Part shown: positions 37,009-47,798 of the stretch, one piece after another | Layout: each line of letters begins with the position of its first letter | How positions within the stretch are numbered: the first letter of the stretch is position 1 | DNA from: an uncultured virus (IMG/VR IMGVR_UViG_3300023179_007799) | Taxonomy: Duplodnaviria; Heunggongvirae; Uroviricota; Caudoviricetes | Length of the DNA stretch: 64,000 nt | Virus record (IMG/VR): IMGVR_UViG_3300023179_007799 | Strand: one strand, 5' to 3' | Position numbers and translations under genes: made by a program | The notes under the pieces: generated by a model | The model's database searches: none | Told to the model about the DNA's origin: nothing | The model's input: only the letters and a program-made list of their open reading frames with translations

Positions 37009-38135
37009 AAGCGCATCTGCTGATTGCTCTGGCTGGACTGACTACCCTGCTGGCCACAACTGTGGTGCAGGCTGAAGTCCCGCGCACTAAACCTGCAAAT
37101 AGTCCCACCCTGGCTGTTCAGGCCGAAGGAACCGGATCCTCCCAGGAACTGGCCAAACGTCAGGCATTTAAAAATGCCATTGAACAGGCAGTGGGCTCGG
37201 TGGTCATGGGTGAACAGGAAGCACAGGGTGGTCAGTTGACTCGTGACTTTGCAGGTAGCTATAGTGCCGGCTATGTTGACCGATATGAACTTGTTGACAG
37301 TTATTACGACGAGTCCACCAGGCAGTGGCACGTAACTGTGGTTGCCTGGGTGGCCAGCAGTCGGTTGCCGCAGCGCATGTTGTCGGACAAGCCAGGTGCC
37401 ATCAATGTGGATCGAGCGCAAACCCAGCTGGGCACTCAACTGGAACAACGACAAAATGGTGATCAACTGTTGAGTTTGGTTCTCAATAACTACCCTGACA
37501 ATGCCTATGTCATCAACTCTGGTCAGACAGAAATCAAGATTGGAAATCTCAGGCAATCATCTGTGGAGATTCCCTATAGCCTGACTATGAATCAGCACTG
37601 GATTGAGTCCTTCAAAGAAGCTCTGGCGGTTGTTTCTGTAAAAAACGCTGACTGTAATAGGTTGGCAATCAGAATTGCAGACCGACTCAGAGCTGATCCC
37701 AACAGGGGCCCTGCTGTCAAAGAGCTGGGCTCCAGATTGTGTCCCAATGATTTTGATGTACAAGTATTCAGCAAGCCCAGTGGCAACTGGTTCACACAAT
37801 CCGATGGCTACTACTTTGCAGATCTTCAGACGTTGCATGTGGTCAACACAGCAATTCGACCACCTCAAGGACAGCAGCACATCGGAATCAGGGCGGATCT
37901 AATTGACAGCAATGGCAGTATTATTGAGTCCAGATGCTCCAGAATCAATAACGAGCGATTCATCAATTACCGACAGCCCAAGGGCACAGTCAACTACAAT
38001 GATCTTGCTCGAATCTCATTGCCAAATATCATGGCACATGAGAATGTATATGGTACGTTGGAATTGCCATTGACTCGTCAACATCAATTGAAAAATCTTT
38101 CAAGCATTCGACTTAGTGTACAAAAGACTTGTTAA
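37005..38135 (+). CDS. exported protein (LPP20/FlgT N-terminal-like)
   Basis: Signal peptide; V.AEG.G.....AK..AF..AIEQAVG motif. Confidence 0.6.
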   Translation: MKAHLLIALAGLTTLLATTVVQAEVPRTKPANSPTLAVQAEGTGSSQELAKRQAFKNAIEQAVGSVVMGEQEAQGGQLTRDFAGSYSAGYVDRYELVDSYYDESTRQWHVTVVAWVASSRLPQRMLSDKPGAINVDRAQTQLGTQLEQRQNGDQLLSLVLNNYPDNAYVINSGQTEIKIGNLRQSSVEIPYSLTMNQHWIESFKEALAVVSVKNADCNRLAIRIADRLRADPNRGPAVKELGSRLCPNDFDVQVFSKPSGNWFTQSDGYYFADLQTLHVVNTAIRPPQGQQHIGIRADLIDSNGSIIESRCSRINNERFINYRQPKGTVNYNDLARISLPNIMAHENVYGTLELPLTRQHQLKNLSSIRLSVQKTC

Positions 38136-38149
38136 TAAAGGAAAAACAA

Positions 38150-38308
38150 ATGAATATAGATCGATTTCTCGCGTTTGCAATCACCGCATCATCTTTGGTA
38201 TTGTTGATTGAAAATTACAACAACCCAGTTGCAGCCACGGCCTGGGCAGTGGCCATGGTTGGTTGGACAACAGTGTATCTGAGAGAATTAAAAAAGACCC
38301 TGGGATAA
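38150..38308 (+). CDS. small membrane protein
   Basis: AAGGA SD; two hydrophobic segments. Confidence 0.5.
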   Translation: MNIDRFLAFAITASSLVLLIENYNNPVAATAWAVAMVGWTTVYLRELKKTLG

Positions 38309-38310
38309 TC

Positions 38311-38955
38311 GTGGCCACATTAGATCAACAACAAGAACTGCTGGATATTCTCCGAGCCGAGCCCAAAAAGTTTAAAATTGAACTGTTTGGGTATGGTGGT
38401 GAGCTGGTGGCTGGTGCCATCACTGCAGAGCAACATGACTTCTTTAGAACAGGCGGGGCCGGTGATCTGGACAGCTTGGTTTATGAAGAAGAGTATGATT
38501 GCCCCGACAGCATGAAGTTTATCCAGGACGGTGAATGGTACAATTGTGATGACATTTATCACACCCAGGGTGCTGAGTTTTGCGAGAGTTCCTGGATTGC
38601 GGTGTACGATGACCAAGGCAATGAAGTCTGGACTTGCGAATTGGATCAGCACAGTCTGCAGGAAAAAGGCATTCTGGAACAAAATATCAGTCTGGCGGAC
38701 ACATATCCTCAGCACTTGCCAGGAGTTACTCACTATTATCAGGGCACCAGTTGGGAAAAGGGCTTGTTCTATTCGGGAGAATTTGAAGTTTTGGGAAAAT
38801 TTTTTCCCAGCAAACTACAGATTCATTGTACCGATTACGATGGAATAACATTGGTGGATAGTCTCACATACGATTCAGAGTATATTGAAAATATTGACGC
38901 GAACACCAATTGCAAAAGCATGGAACATTCAGTAAGAGAGGTTGACAATGACTAA
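38311..38955 (+). CDS. acidic hypothetical protein
   Basis: Long ORF; GYGGE motif; GTG start inferred. Confidence 0.65.
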   Translation: MATLDQQQELLDILRAEPKKFKIELFGYGGELVAGAITAEQHDFFRTGGAGDLDSLVYEEEYDCPDSMKFIQDGEWYNCDDIYHTQGAEFCESSWIAVYDDQGNEVWTCELDQHSLQEKGILEQNISLADTYPQHLPGVTHYYQGTSWEKGLFYSGEFEVLGKFFPSKLQIHCTDYDGITLVDSLTYDSEYIENIDANTNCKSMEHSVREVDND

Positions 38956-39352
38956 CTCAATAAATTCATCTCCATTAAATGACGATGACACCATAATCAT
39001 CACCACCAGCTCTGAGGCATCTGATCTGATTGATATCGATTTGACAGATTTAGATCTGGATTATCCTTACACAGGTGGAGCCGTGGGAGCAGCACAGCCC
39101 TATGTGATTGGTGGCACTGGGTGGCCTGGTACGTTGAATATCACAGATACCTACAATCTCAGCAGCAATGACATCATGGTGGGTGATACCAGTCTCCGAG
39201 ACTGGATGAAAACAGTCAATGACAGACTGAGCATCCTACAACCCAATCCTAAACTGTTGGAAAAATTCACTGCATTGCAGCAGGCATACGAACACTACCG
39301 AACTTTGGAAGCCCTGCTACACGGTCAGGATCAGGATGAAATACCAGATTGA
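38948..39352 (+). CDS. hypothetical protein
   Basis: GAGG SD; C-terminal RL.IL.PN..LL.K...L..AY..Y..LE. Confidence 0.65.
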   Translation: MTNSINSSPLNDDDTIIITTSSEASDLIDIDLTDLDLDYPYTGGAVGAAQPYVIGGTGWPGTLNITDTYNLSSNDIMVGDTSLRDWMKTVNDRLSILQPNPKLLEKFTALQQAYEHYRTLEALLHGQDQDEIPD

Positions 39353-39512
39353 CATCAGCAGCACTGCCGCTGCTGACAACATCATCGGCTGGTGTCTGGA
39401 AAACTTACCTGACAAAGAATGGACCATTGAACTGTTAAGATTCAGCCCTAGTGTGTATAGATTTGAATTTGCGTCTGCAGAATATCGACTGTTGGCCATG
39501 CTGGCCAGTTGA
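39336..39512 (+). CDS. 58-aa hypothetical protein (WC type)
   Basis: IIGWCLENLP..EW......YRFEF; not in the ORF track. Confidence 0.5.
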   Translation: MKYQIDISSTAAADNIIGWCLENLPDKEWTIELLRFSPSVYRFEFASAEYRLLAMLAS

Positions 39513-39546
39513 CTTTTCTATAAATATCAGATATAATACCTGAACT

Positions 39547-39888
39547 ATGATGGAATTCATTCTACAAGCCCTGCTGATCTGGTTGGCAATCGAAGCGGTA
39601 TATTTCGTTGTCAGAGTCTATCGAACTTATCAACTGATTCAGCAACAACGACAACAACATCAACAGGTCAGCGAACTTGTGCAAGATCTCAAAGAACATT
39701 ATAAGATTGTCTACACAGAAACAGTGGATGATGTAATTTTGATGTATGAAAGCATGACCAACAATTTTGTTTGTCAGGCCAGTACTGAGCAAGAACTTTG
39801 GGTCGTTGCACAGCAAAGATTTCCTGATAAAAAATTTGTACTTAAAGATTCCTCCAACCATCAACTCAGTTACGAATTCGTCAAATGA
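39547..39888 (+). CDS. membrane-anchored hypothetical protein
   Basis: N-terminal TM; TTGACT-17-TATAAT at 39509-39537. Confidence 0.7.
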   Translation: MMEFILQALLIWLAIEAVYFVVRVYRTYQLIQQQRQQHQQVSELVQDLKEHYKIVYTETVDDVILMYESMTNNFVCQASTEQELWVVAQQRFPDKKFVLKDSSNHQLSYEFVK

Positions 39889-40313
39889 GCATGCATCTTG
39901 TGGGTCCTTATCTTACCACCACCAACTATCGTCGACGCAAGACCAAGGCGACCAAGAGCAAACAAGCACAGTGGCACGAAGACTGGCAGGAGAAAAATCG
40001 CGAACTCAAACGCCAGGGTCGGCCCAAGATCACATATGAACAATATGTGGACGAGTTGCACGGTCGAGTGACCAAAACAAAAGTCAGACCCAGTCAACAA
40101 GGAGTCTGGACTGGAAATTATCAGACCCCAATCGGTCGTGAGTCAGTGGCCGTGCCCAGCAAAGACACCGGCCAGGGCCAGGCCACCCTGAGTGCCCCCA
40201 AAGTCTACACTGGCACCAAGGTTAAAGGCATTGCCACCATGCACAAGAGCAATGCTGTTCCGGTGTTTTCAGACGAAGAAGCCACAGACATCAGCCGTAT
40301 GCGTCGTGGATAA
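39885..40313 (+). CDS. conserved phage hypothetical protein
   Basis: Basic; C-terminal YTG....[14 protein letters not shown]....A.DIS.MRR. Confidence 0.7.
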   Translation: MSMHLVGPYLTTTNYRRRKTKATKSKQAQWHEDWQEKNRELKRQGRPKITYEQYVDELHGRVTKTKVRPSQQGVWTGNYQTPIGRESVAVPSKDTGQGQATLSAPKVYTGTKVKGIATMHKSNAVPVFSDEEATDISRMRRG

Positions 40314-40348
40314 CATTTTTAAATAAATATTTGTTTAGGGAAAGAAAT

Positions 40349-40564
40349 TTGGCAAAAGAAGATGCAATTAAGCTGACCGGTGTTGTTGAAGAAGTTTTGG
40401 GCAACAGCATGTTTCGAGTCCGGTTAGAGAATGAACACGAAGTTACTGCTCACCTGAGCGGTAAGATGCGAATGAATGCCATCAAAATCATCCTGGGAGA
40501 TCGAGTAGACGTTGAACTGACTCCGTATGATTTGAGCAAGGCAAGAATCACCTACAGACAATGA
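40349..40564 (+). CDS. infA: translation initiation factor IF-1
   Basis: AKEDAI...[14 protein letters not shown]...AH.SGKMRMN.I.I..GD.V.VE.TPYDLSK.RITYR; TTG start. Confidence 0.95.
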   Translation: MAKEDAIKLTGVVEEVLGNSMFRVRLENEHEVTAHLSGKMRMNAIKIILGDRVDVELTPYDLSKARITYRQ

Positions 40565-41100
40565 GAGACCTAATACAACTGGTGGAAGCTCGAGCCCAAA
40601 ATCCCCTAGAGCTGACCAAACTACCATATGATCGTGGCGCATTGTATCCTGTTCTGAGCTCGGTATCCATCGATTATCATTATGGCAAACTGGCTCGGGG
40701 GTATGTAGACAGATACAATTCCGGAGAAGGTGACAAAAGTTTCAATGAGGCGGGCGCATATCTGCACAATTTGTTTTTCCCTCAGCTACGAGCACCCAAA
40801 AGCGCCAATAAGCCTGTTGGTGGTGCAGACAGTCTGATCAAAAGAAAATACGGAAATTTTGAGAACTTCAAGAAAGAATTTGCTGCCACAGCAATGAAAA
40901 TACAAGGCAGTGGTTGGGTATACATGAGCCGCAGCGGAGAAATCAAAACCATTACCAATCATCAGAAACGCACAGATATTGCACTTTTGGTTGACTGGTG
41001 GGAACACTCGTGGAGTACAGATTACCTGGCAGACAAGGCCAAGTACCTCAAAAATATGTGGCGAATTATCAATTGGGATATTGTCAATCAGAGACTTTAA
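40561..41100 (+). CDS. Fe/Mn superoxide dismutase
   Basis: LPY...AL.P, metal ligands H (DYHYGK), H (LHNLFF) and D.WEH; QGSGW. Confidence 0.88.
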   Translation: MRDLIQLVEARAQNPLELTKLPYDRGALYPVLSSVSIDYHYGKLARGYVDRYNSGEGDKSFNEAGAYLHNLFFPQLRAPKSANKPVGGADSLIKRKYGNFENFKKEFAATAMKIQGSGWVYMSRSGEIKTITNHQKRTDIALLVDWWEHSWSTDYLADKAKYLKNMWRIINWDIVNQRL

Positions 41101-41444
41101 TGGAGAGCATCATGGAACAATTTGTTACAGTTACACCCGCAGCAGTAAACAAGGTCAAAGAACTGTTTGCAGAAGAAGACAACAGCAATCTTAAATTGCG
41201 TATGTTCGTGCAGGGTGGCGGCTGCAGTGGATTCCAGTATGGGTTTACTTTTGATGAACAAGTAAATGATGACGATTTTGATTTTGAAATTGACGGCGTA
41301 CATCTGTTGATCGACAGCATGAGCAGCCAGTATCTACAAGGTGCCATGGTGGACTACGTTGAAGATGCTTATGGCAGTCAATTCAGTATCAAAAATCCCA
41401 CTGCCCAGACCACCTGCGGCTGTGGCAGTAGTTTTAGTGTGTAA
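41100..41444 (+). CDS. erpA: A-type Fe-S carrier ErpA/IscA
   Basis: [26 protein letters not shown] and [13 protein letters not shown] motifs. Confidence 0.92.
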   Translation: MESIMEQFVTVTPAAVNKVKELFAEEDNSNLKLRMFVQGGGCSGFQYGFTFDEQVNDDDFDFEIDGVHLLIDSMSSQYLQGAMVDYVEDAYGSQFSIKNPTAQTTCGCGSSFSV

Positions 41445-41459
41445 ATAATAGTTTACATA

Positions 41460-41484
41460 AAAACCCGCTCAAGGCGGGTTTTTT
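41460..41484 (+). terminator. intrinsic terminator
   Basis: AAAACCCGC-TCAAG-GCGGGTTTTTT. Confidence 0.85.
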
Positions 41485-41549
41485 ATTGATGTGCGTAAAA
41501 CTTTAATGTCATGATTTTGCTAAATACTTACATCATTTGAGCGACAAAC

Positions 41550-41870
41550 ATGACCACAATAAGTACCGAGCAGTTCATAAGCATCAATGTAGGCACCAGC
41601 ATCAATGATGGTACTGGCGACAGTCTACGCAATGCATTTATCAAAGTTAACCAAAACTTTGCCAATATCAGCGATATTGGTGTTAACACTGGCAATATCA
41701 GTTGTCAAGGCACAATAGAAATTCTTGGTAATCTAATACTGTCAGAATCTTATGTTCCGGCAACTCCCAATGCTGCTGGTGCAGCTGGGCAGATCGCTTG
41801 GGATAACAGTTACGTATACGTATGTGTTGCAACAAATACATGGAAAAGAGCCAGTTTGGCCACATGGTAA
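41550..41870 (+). CDS. virion protein (baseplate-wedge-like N-terminus)
   Basis: INVGT..NDGTGDSLR.AF.KVN.NF plus GQIAWD..Y.YVCVATNTWKR. Confidence 0.75.
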   Translation: MTTISTEQFISINVGTSINDGTGDSLRNAFIKVNQNFANISDIGVNTGNISCQGTIEILGNLILSESYVPATPNAAGAAGQIAWDNSYVYVCVATNTWKRASLATW

Positions 41871-41881
41871 AGGAACGATAG

Positions 41882-44800
41882 ATGGCTCTCCCTAGATGGA
41901 TAACTCCTGATGGACAGTTGGGCATCATACCAGAATTAGATTATTATGAGTTTCCATTAGATGCCTATGATGCATCGGGTGGTGAACTGAAATTCAGACT
42001 GGTATCAGGCAGATTGCCCCTGGGCTTACAAATAAATCCTTCTGGTAAAATACAGGGAGTGCCCGTCAGTGAACTTGGGGGTGATCAAAATGTAAAGTAC
42101 AAGTTCACTATACGGGCGCAAAATAGTGTTACTGGTGGACTTTCTGACAGATCGTTTAGTCTGACAATTACAAATATAGCACCACCCATCATTGAATACC
42201 CTCCAAGAAACAGTTATCTGGGTTTATATTTAGATGGATCAATAATAAATTATCAATTGGAAGCCATAGAGTTTACCCCTGGGGTCAACCTACAATGGAA
42301 AATCAAAGAAGGCAGTCTGCCCCCAGGACTGACATTGTCCTCGAATGGTACAATCACTGGATACATTGAGCCCATCCCCGGAATTGAGCCCGGTTCAACC
42401 TCGGGCTGGGACAGAACCAGTTGGAGTTTTAGAGGATGGGATTTTTCACGTATTTTTACCAGTAAAACTTTTATGTTTACGGTGGAAGTGTTTGACGGTG
42501 TCAACTACGATCAATCTGCATACACATTAAAAGTTTTTCCAAGAAATGCACTGACTGTAGACAATGTCGAATTAACTGTCGACACCTCCAATCTAGAAAC
42601 TGGTACAGGGTTGACAGTGGATGCTGGATCCAAACATCCTCCCATTATATTCACTCAACCAGAAGATTTTGTGCCAGTTCGCCAGGGACAGCACTTTAGT
42701 TTTAAAATTGATGCTCTAGATCTAGACGGAGACATTATAAATTATTCCATACCTGCTGCAGTAGCTGGTAGTTTTGATGCACAAGAATTGGTGGGAAATA
42801 GCATTCCTTATGTGGCATCTACGCCAATCAATAACAGATTATACGATGGGATTTTTCCCAAGGCCACTGATGGCACTCTAGACTATAGTAACCCACAATG
42901 GAATGTGGGCGATCAGATTAAAATTCTAAATTCAAATAAAGTCTGGCAGAATGCTACAATTACTAATTCAGTAACAGTTAGACTGACCGGCAATAGTACA
43001 CCATCTGCCAACGTTGGGGATTTTATCTCTCAATCCAGCAGTGGGGCCAATGCACTTATTACTAACGTTGGTAAGACTTTTGGTACCATCACATTAGCGG
43101 GAACCATTACTACAGGATTCATTAACACAATACTACCAACATATCAGATAATTCTTTCCGGTAACGTTTCTGTCAGCGTTGGGGACACAATAACACAGAA
43201 CAATGGCCAGATTGTTGCCAGAGCCACTGCTGTTGCAACCAATTCAAATTCAATCTTTGTTTTGTATACACAGGGAAACTTCACACTGGGATCTGGTAGA
43301 ATTACCGTTAATGGTTCTCTAAAAACAGTTTTCCCAACGAACAGTATCAAAGATGTTAAAAACATCACACTTAATGCCAGTCGAGGTGACGTCATCACAC
43401 AGGTGGGTGGGGCAGGTAGTGCCATTGTGACCAAAGACGTAACCGATGCCATATCTATTCCCGTGGTATTCGACACCGTACAGTTTAGTAATTTTAATGG
43501 CAATGTGAAAATTAATGGAATTGATACTGGTACTACCGTAGAGAATTTGATTCTGGAATCCAACCCGTTTGGTATTACTGTATCCAAAAACCAATATATC
43601 ACACAAAGATTATCTGGCGCAAACGCCCGCGTTACGGACAACGTCATTAATGGATCTGTGATTCCTGTGGAGTTCGTCAGCAATACATTTACAGTGGGTT
43701 CGGGAAATATTGCAGTTCAAGGAGCGAATGTTACAGGATATCCCTCAGAGGTTATTTGTAACACTGACATCACTGCTGATTATCAGACTGACAGTTATTT
43801 TGATATCGGAAAACAAGGATATGTCAGTCCAGCAAGTATCAATGGAAATGCCTCGGCTGGTAATATAACCTCGCTCGTAAGCCAGGGTGTCAGTCTGGGA
43901 CCACTAACTGATGAGGGAATTAACGGATTTGATTCTTCAAAATTTGATCAGGGCGTGTTGGATCTGCCACTGGGACTGACTATAAGTCCAACCGGTGGTT
44001 GGATTTATGGAACTGCGCCCGTGCAATTGAAAAATCAAATTGATTATGATTTTGAAGTGGTTGCTTATAAGCGTGATGATACCACGTATTTCGACAAAAA
44101 GTTATACACCTTAACAGTTTTGGGCGATCTTAACAACAAGATTGAGTGGGTCACTGACAGTGATCTTGGGGACATACAAAATGGAAAAATCAGTGATCTT
44201 TATGTGAGAGCCAGGCACGTTAGTCCAACTGGGCCCAAGAATCTGGTCTACTTTCTCACGCCAGACAAAAAACAATCTCTGCCACAGGGATTAAAGTTAT
44301 CAACCACTGGACTAATTATTGGCAAAGTCAGTTTTGAATTGTTCGGATTGGATTCTGGTGAGATAACGCTGGACGGTGAAAAAACCACTTTTGATTTAAC
44401 CTATCAGTTCACGGTAACGGCACAAACAACAGATGCTGGGATTTCATCCAATAAAACCTTTGCAATTAAAGTTATTAAAAGAAATACGGCCCCGTACGAA
44501 AATCTTTATCTCAAAGCATTTCCAGACCAGTCAGAAAGAAATGCTTTCCAATCAGTACTGCAAAACAAAACCCTGTTTCCCACAGAGTTTATTTATAGGA
44601 CTGAGGATCCCAACTTTGGTGTCGCCAATGATATCAAAACTTTATTTTTACCAGGGTTGAGTCCCAGCACATTAGCAGAATACACCATTGCAGCATCGAC
44701 CAATCATTTTAAAAAACGATTAGTGTTCGGTGATGTTAAAACTGCCGTAGCAGTTGATTCAAATTTTAATATCAAATACGAAGTGGTGTATGTGGATCTG

Positions 44801-46156
44801 AAGGATGAAAACACCAACAAAAATGGATCAGGCCCTAGAAATTCCACCAATTTGTCTGATATAATTAAAAATCCTTTCTGGGACTCTGGTGGCAACGAGT
44901 ACACCACAATTTACCCCAACTCGTTCGACAATATGCAATCAGTTATGGCTAACGCCATTGGTTATGACAACAAAGGGGCATTGCCAGACTGGATGACCAG
45001 CAGACAGGCTGACGGGCGTGTCATCGGATTTACTCGTGCACTGGTGTTGGCATACACCACTCCTGGCACCAGTGAGTTAATTGCCTATCGATTAAAAAGT
45101 TTTCAATTTAACTTTAACGATTTGGAATTTGTGGTGGATCGTTATCAGCTGGACAACAGTTATTCTGACTATTACAATGTTGCTACTGGAAATTTCTTGA
45201 CCGATGCAGAAACAACGTTTGACAGATATCCCAAACTTATTGATCTATTCACTGATGCAGGTGTTGTCAACTATGCAGTAAGTGTACCTTTTGAACAGTT
45301 GAATCATCGAAATATTGCTGACATTAACGCAACTGCTGGTGGGCTAGACGGAATCAAATATTTTAGAGATGGTGAAACACTGGTGTTTGCCCAACAGGAA
45401 TTTGATTTAATTCAAGAAACCACCAACCGATATAATCAGGGCTGGGCCAATGTTCAGACCACCTGGGATGACATTTCCTGGGATTATGACAGTATTGTCT
45501 CTGACAACCCCTACACGCCGGAATATGGATACATTGTTGTGTCCTGGGCACCCAACACCAGATTTGCAGCTGGGGTAACATTACTGTACAACAGCAAATA
45601 TTATCGGGTTAACGAATCATTTGCCTCTGGAGGAATTTTTGAATTAGCAGTTGTTGAATATGGTTTTGATAGAAATTCAGAAAACTACGACCAACAGACC
45701 TTTGATAGTTCTGTTGTGCTGTCTGCATTGTCAGAATTACCAAAACCAGGAAATAAAAACAAAACTCCAGGAATTGGATGGGATGCCAGCAACTATGTGC
45801 CAGGTTTCCAGGAATACACTTCACAAGGTATTCCCAATCAACGCGCAGGCATCTGGCAAATCAGCATTGATAGTAACCAATTTGTAACCTTAAAGTTCGT
45901 CAAAGAAATCAAATCACACAATAAATTGTATGTCAAGAACGGACGTACTTATGGATCATCCAATATATTCTATGATCCCGTAATCAAAACTGGAAACACA
46001 GTGCCCAACTATAGTGTTATCCCACAGCAATTAAGCACACGATATACCACTTTTGATGGTGGCGGAACCAGATTCTTCAACTACAGAAATGAATTTACCG
46101 AACCCGGGGTTGGTGATAAATATATTAAATTTACAAAACTTGGAGTATTCATATAA
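41882..46156 (+). CDS. large Ig-like-repeat virion/baseplate protein
   Basis: Repeated G.LP.GL.L...G.I.G...Y.FT(I/V).A Ig-like modules; 1424 aa. Confidence 0.75.
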   Translation: MALPRWITPDGQLGIIPELDYYEFPLDAYDASGGELKFRLVSGRLPLGLQINPSGKIQGVPVSELGGDQNVKYKFTIRAQNSVTGGLSDRSFSLTITNIAPPIIEYPPRNSYLGLYLDGSIINYQLEAIEFTPGVNLQWKIKEGSLPPGLTLSSNGTITGYIEPIPGIEPGSTSGWDRTSWSFRGWDFSRIFTSKTFMFTVEVFDGVNYDQSAYTLKVFPRNALTVDNVELTVDTSNLETGTGLTVDAGSKHPPIIFTQPEDFVPVRQGQHFSFKIDALDLDGDIINYSIPAAVAGSFDAQELVGNSIPYVASTPINNRLYDGIFPKATDGTLDYSNPQWNVGDQIKILNSNKVWQNATITNSVTVRLTGNSTPSANVGDFISQSSSGANALITNVGKTFGTITLAGTITTGFINTILPTYQIILSGNVSVSVGDTITQNNGQIVARATAVATNSNSIFVLYTQGNFTLGSGRITVNGSLKTVFPTNSIKDVKNITLNASRGDVITQVGGAGSAIVTKDVTDAISIPVVFDTVQFSNFNGNVKINGIDTGTTVENLILESNPFGITVSKNQYITQRLSGANARVTDNVINGSVIPVEFVSNTFTVGSGNIAVQGANVTGYPSEVICNTDITADYQTDSYFDIGKQGYVSPASINGNASAGNITSLVSQGVSLGPLTDEGINGFDSSKFDQGVLDLPLGLTISPTGGWIYGTAPVQLKNQIDYDFEVVAYKRDDTTYFDKKLYTLTVLGDLNNKIEWVTDSDLGDIQNGKISDLYVRARHVSPTGPKNLVYFLTPDKKQSLPQGLKLSTTGLIIGKVSFELFGLDSGEITLDGEKTTFDLTYQFTVTAQTTDAGISSNKTFAIKVIKRNTAPYENLYLKAFPDQSERNAFQSVLQNKTLFPTEFIYRTEDPNFGVANDIKTLFLPGLSPSTLAEYTIAASTNHFKKRLVFGDVKTAVAVDSNFNIKYEVVYVDLKDENTNKNGSGPRNSTNLSDIIKNPFWDSGGNEYTTIYPNSFDNMQSVMANAIGYDNKGALPDWMTSRQADGRVIGFTRALVLAYTTPGTSELIAYRLKSFQFNFNDLEFVVDRYQLDNSYSDYYNVATGNFLTDAETTFDRYPKLIDLFTDAGVVNYAVSVPFEQLNHRNIADINATAGGLDGIKYFRDGETLVFAQQEFDLIQETTNRYNQGWANVQTTWDDISWDYDSIVSDNPYTPEYGYIVVSWAPNTRFAAGVTLLYNSKYYRVNESFASGGIFELAVVEYGFDRNSENYDQQTFDSSVVLSALSELPKPGNKNKTPGIGWDASNYVPGFQEYTSQGIPNQRAGIWQISIDSNQFVTLKFVKEIKSHNKLYVKNGRTYGSSNIFYDPVIKTGNTVPNYSVIPQQLSTRYTTFDGGGTRFFNYRNEFTEPGVGDKYIKFTKLGVFI

Positions 46157-47043
46157 TGAGCAGCATTAATCCAAATAATATTGACGGAACATATCCCATT
46201 GCTGGGCAGGACAACAGTAGCCAGGGGTTCCGTGACAACTTTACCAACATAAAAAACAATTTGGCCTTTGCCAAATCCGAAATTGAAGATCTTCAGAATT
46301 ATACATTGCTAAAGAATCCCTTGCCAGGTACCACCCTCAACAATGAGCTGAACAATGCACAGATCAAAGGTGCACAATTATTGAAAACCACTGAAACAAT
46401 CAACAATCTTGGCACAGTTTCAGGAGATCTGACCATAGATTGGGAACAGGCCCCATTTCAATACTTGGAAATTGGTGGCAATGTTACAATGAATATAGAC
46501 AAATGGCCCACCAGTGGCCTGTATGCCAGCCTCAGATTACAAATTTTTGCCAGTAATAATGCAGTAAACAACAATTATAGTGTGACATTTTCAGACAGTG
46601 GGGTTATTTATATTGGGCTGAATGAAATTCAGAACGTCTACAATAACGTTTTTACCCCAGCAACTCCCGGCGTTTACCTGTTTGATTGCAGCACCTACAA
46701 CAATGGCACAGTGGTCACAGTGACTGATCCACTGAGAAAAACCAATGTTGACTATCAATATTATGTTCCTGTCAATAATTTTGACGTTCAGGCCACCACT
46801 GGTGGTAGTCGCATAATCTTTGATCCAGCCACCACACTGGCCAACGGTACCCTGACACTGCCCGCAGGTAATGTAGATGCCACAACATTCAGTGTCTCGT
46901 CATCGGCCACAGTTACAGCGTTTCGAGTCCGGGGATTCGGAAATGCTGCAGTCAAACCCAGTGCAAACATTACCCTGACAGCTGGCACTGGGGTGGAATA
47001 TTTTTATAGCCGAAGCCGGGACACCTGGTTTAAAACCAAATAA
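46156..47043 (+). CDS. virion structural protein
   Basis: MSSINPNNID..YPIAGQDN.SQGFRDNF..IK N-terminus; beta-rich body. Confidence 0.65.
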   Translation: MSSINPNNIDGTYPIAGQDNSSQGFRDNFTNIKNNLAFAKSEIEDLQNYTLLKNPLPGTTLNNELNNAQIKGAQLLKTTETINNLGTVSGDLTIDWEQAPFQYLEIGGNVTMNIDKWPTSGLYASLRLQIFASNNAVNNNYSVTFSDSGVIYIGLNEIQNVYNNVFTPATPGVYLFDCSTYNNGTVVTVTDPLRKTNVDYQYYVPVNNFDVQATTGGSRIIFDPATTLANGTLTLPAGNVDATTFSVSSSATVTAFRVRGFGNAAVKPSANITLTAGTGVEYFYSRSRDTWFKTK

Positions 47044-47112
47044 TATTTTAACCCGACCTTTTGACTCCTTGTGATTTATTAGCATATAATAACACACAAG
47101 GAGTTTTTATTT

Positions 47113-47559
47113 ATGAAAATAGATCTTGACAAGTATAGTGAATTTGTGGGTGCGGTGACCAGCCAGGAATCTCAGGACCTGACTGCATTTATGAATCGCC
47201 TGGATCGGGTGGACGGCAATTATGAAGCCTATGGGCCCGATGGTGAAATGCAGCAAGGCCCTGATTGTAATGTGCCATTACTTTTGACCTCAGCGATTGG
47301 TATGGCAGCAGAAACGGGCGAATTCTGTGAGATTCCCAAGAAGATTTTCTTTCAGGGCAAGAATCTGTCAGAAGATGCAAGATTCCATATGAAACGAGAA
47401 CTGGGTGACGTTTTTTGGTATTGGATCAATGCTTGTCGGGCGTTAAATCTGGATCCCAATGATGTGATCGCTGAAAATGTGCGAAAATTAGAAGCCAGAT
47501 ATCCAGGTGGTAATTTTGATCCCTACCACAGTGAAAATCGACAACAGGGAGACATCTGA
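47113..47559 (+). CDS. MazG-like nucleotide pyrophosphohydrolase
   Basis: G.AAE.GEF.E..KK..FQG, KRELGD..WY and N..KL..RYP motifs. Confidence 0.9.
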   Translation: MKIDLDKYSEFVGAVTSQESQDLTAFMNRLDRVDGNYEAYGPDGEMQQGPDCNVPLLLTSAIGMAAETGEFCEIPKKIFFQGKNLSEDARFHMKRELGDVFWYWINACRALNLDPNDVIAENVRKLEARYPGGNFDPYHSENRQQGDI

Positions 47560-47798
47560 TGCATCCATTAGCGCCCGATTTGAGTAAACTTGCCGATGAC
47601 GAACTGCATTCTAAACGAGCAGAACTTCAGAACAAGCTGAGTTTTGCTTATCGTATGGGACACGGTGATCTGGTGGGCCAACTACAAATGTTGTTGGATG
47701 ATTACGGCAGAGAAGTCGAGCATCGAAATCAGAAAATGCTAAATGACATCAATAAAAACAATAAAAACTTCAAAGATCTGATCAACATTACCAAATGA
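47559..47798 (+). CDS. hypothetical protein
   Basis: Translationally coupled ORF. Confidence 0.6.
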   Translation: MHPLAPDLSKLADDELHSKRAELQNKLSFAYRMGHGDLVGQLQMLLDDYGREVEHRNQKMLNDINKNNKNFKDLINITK

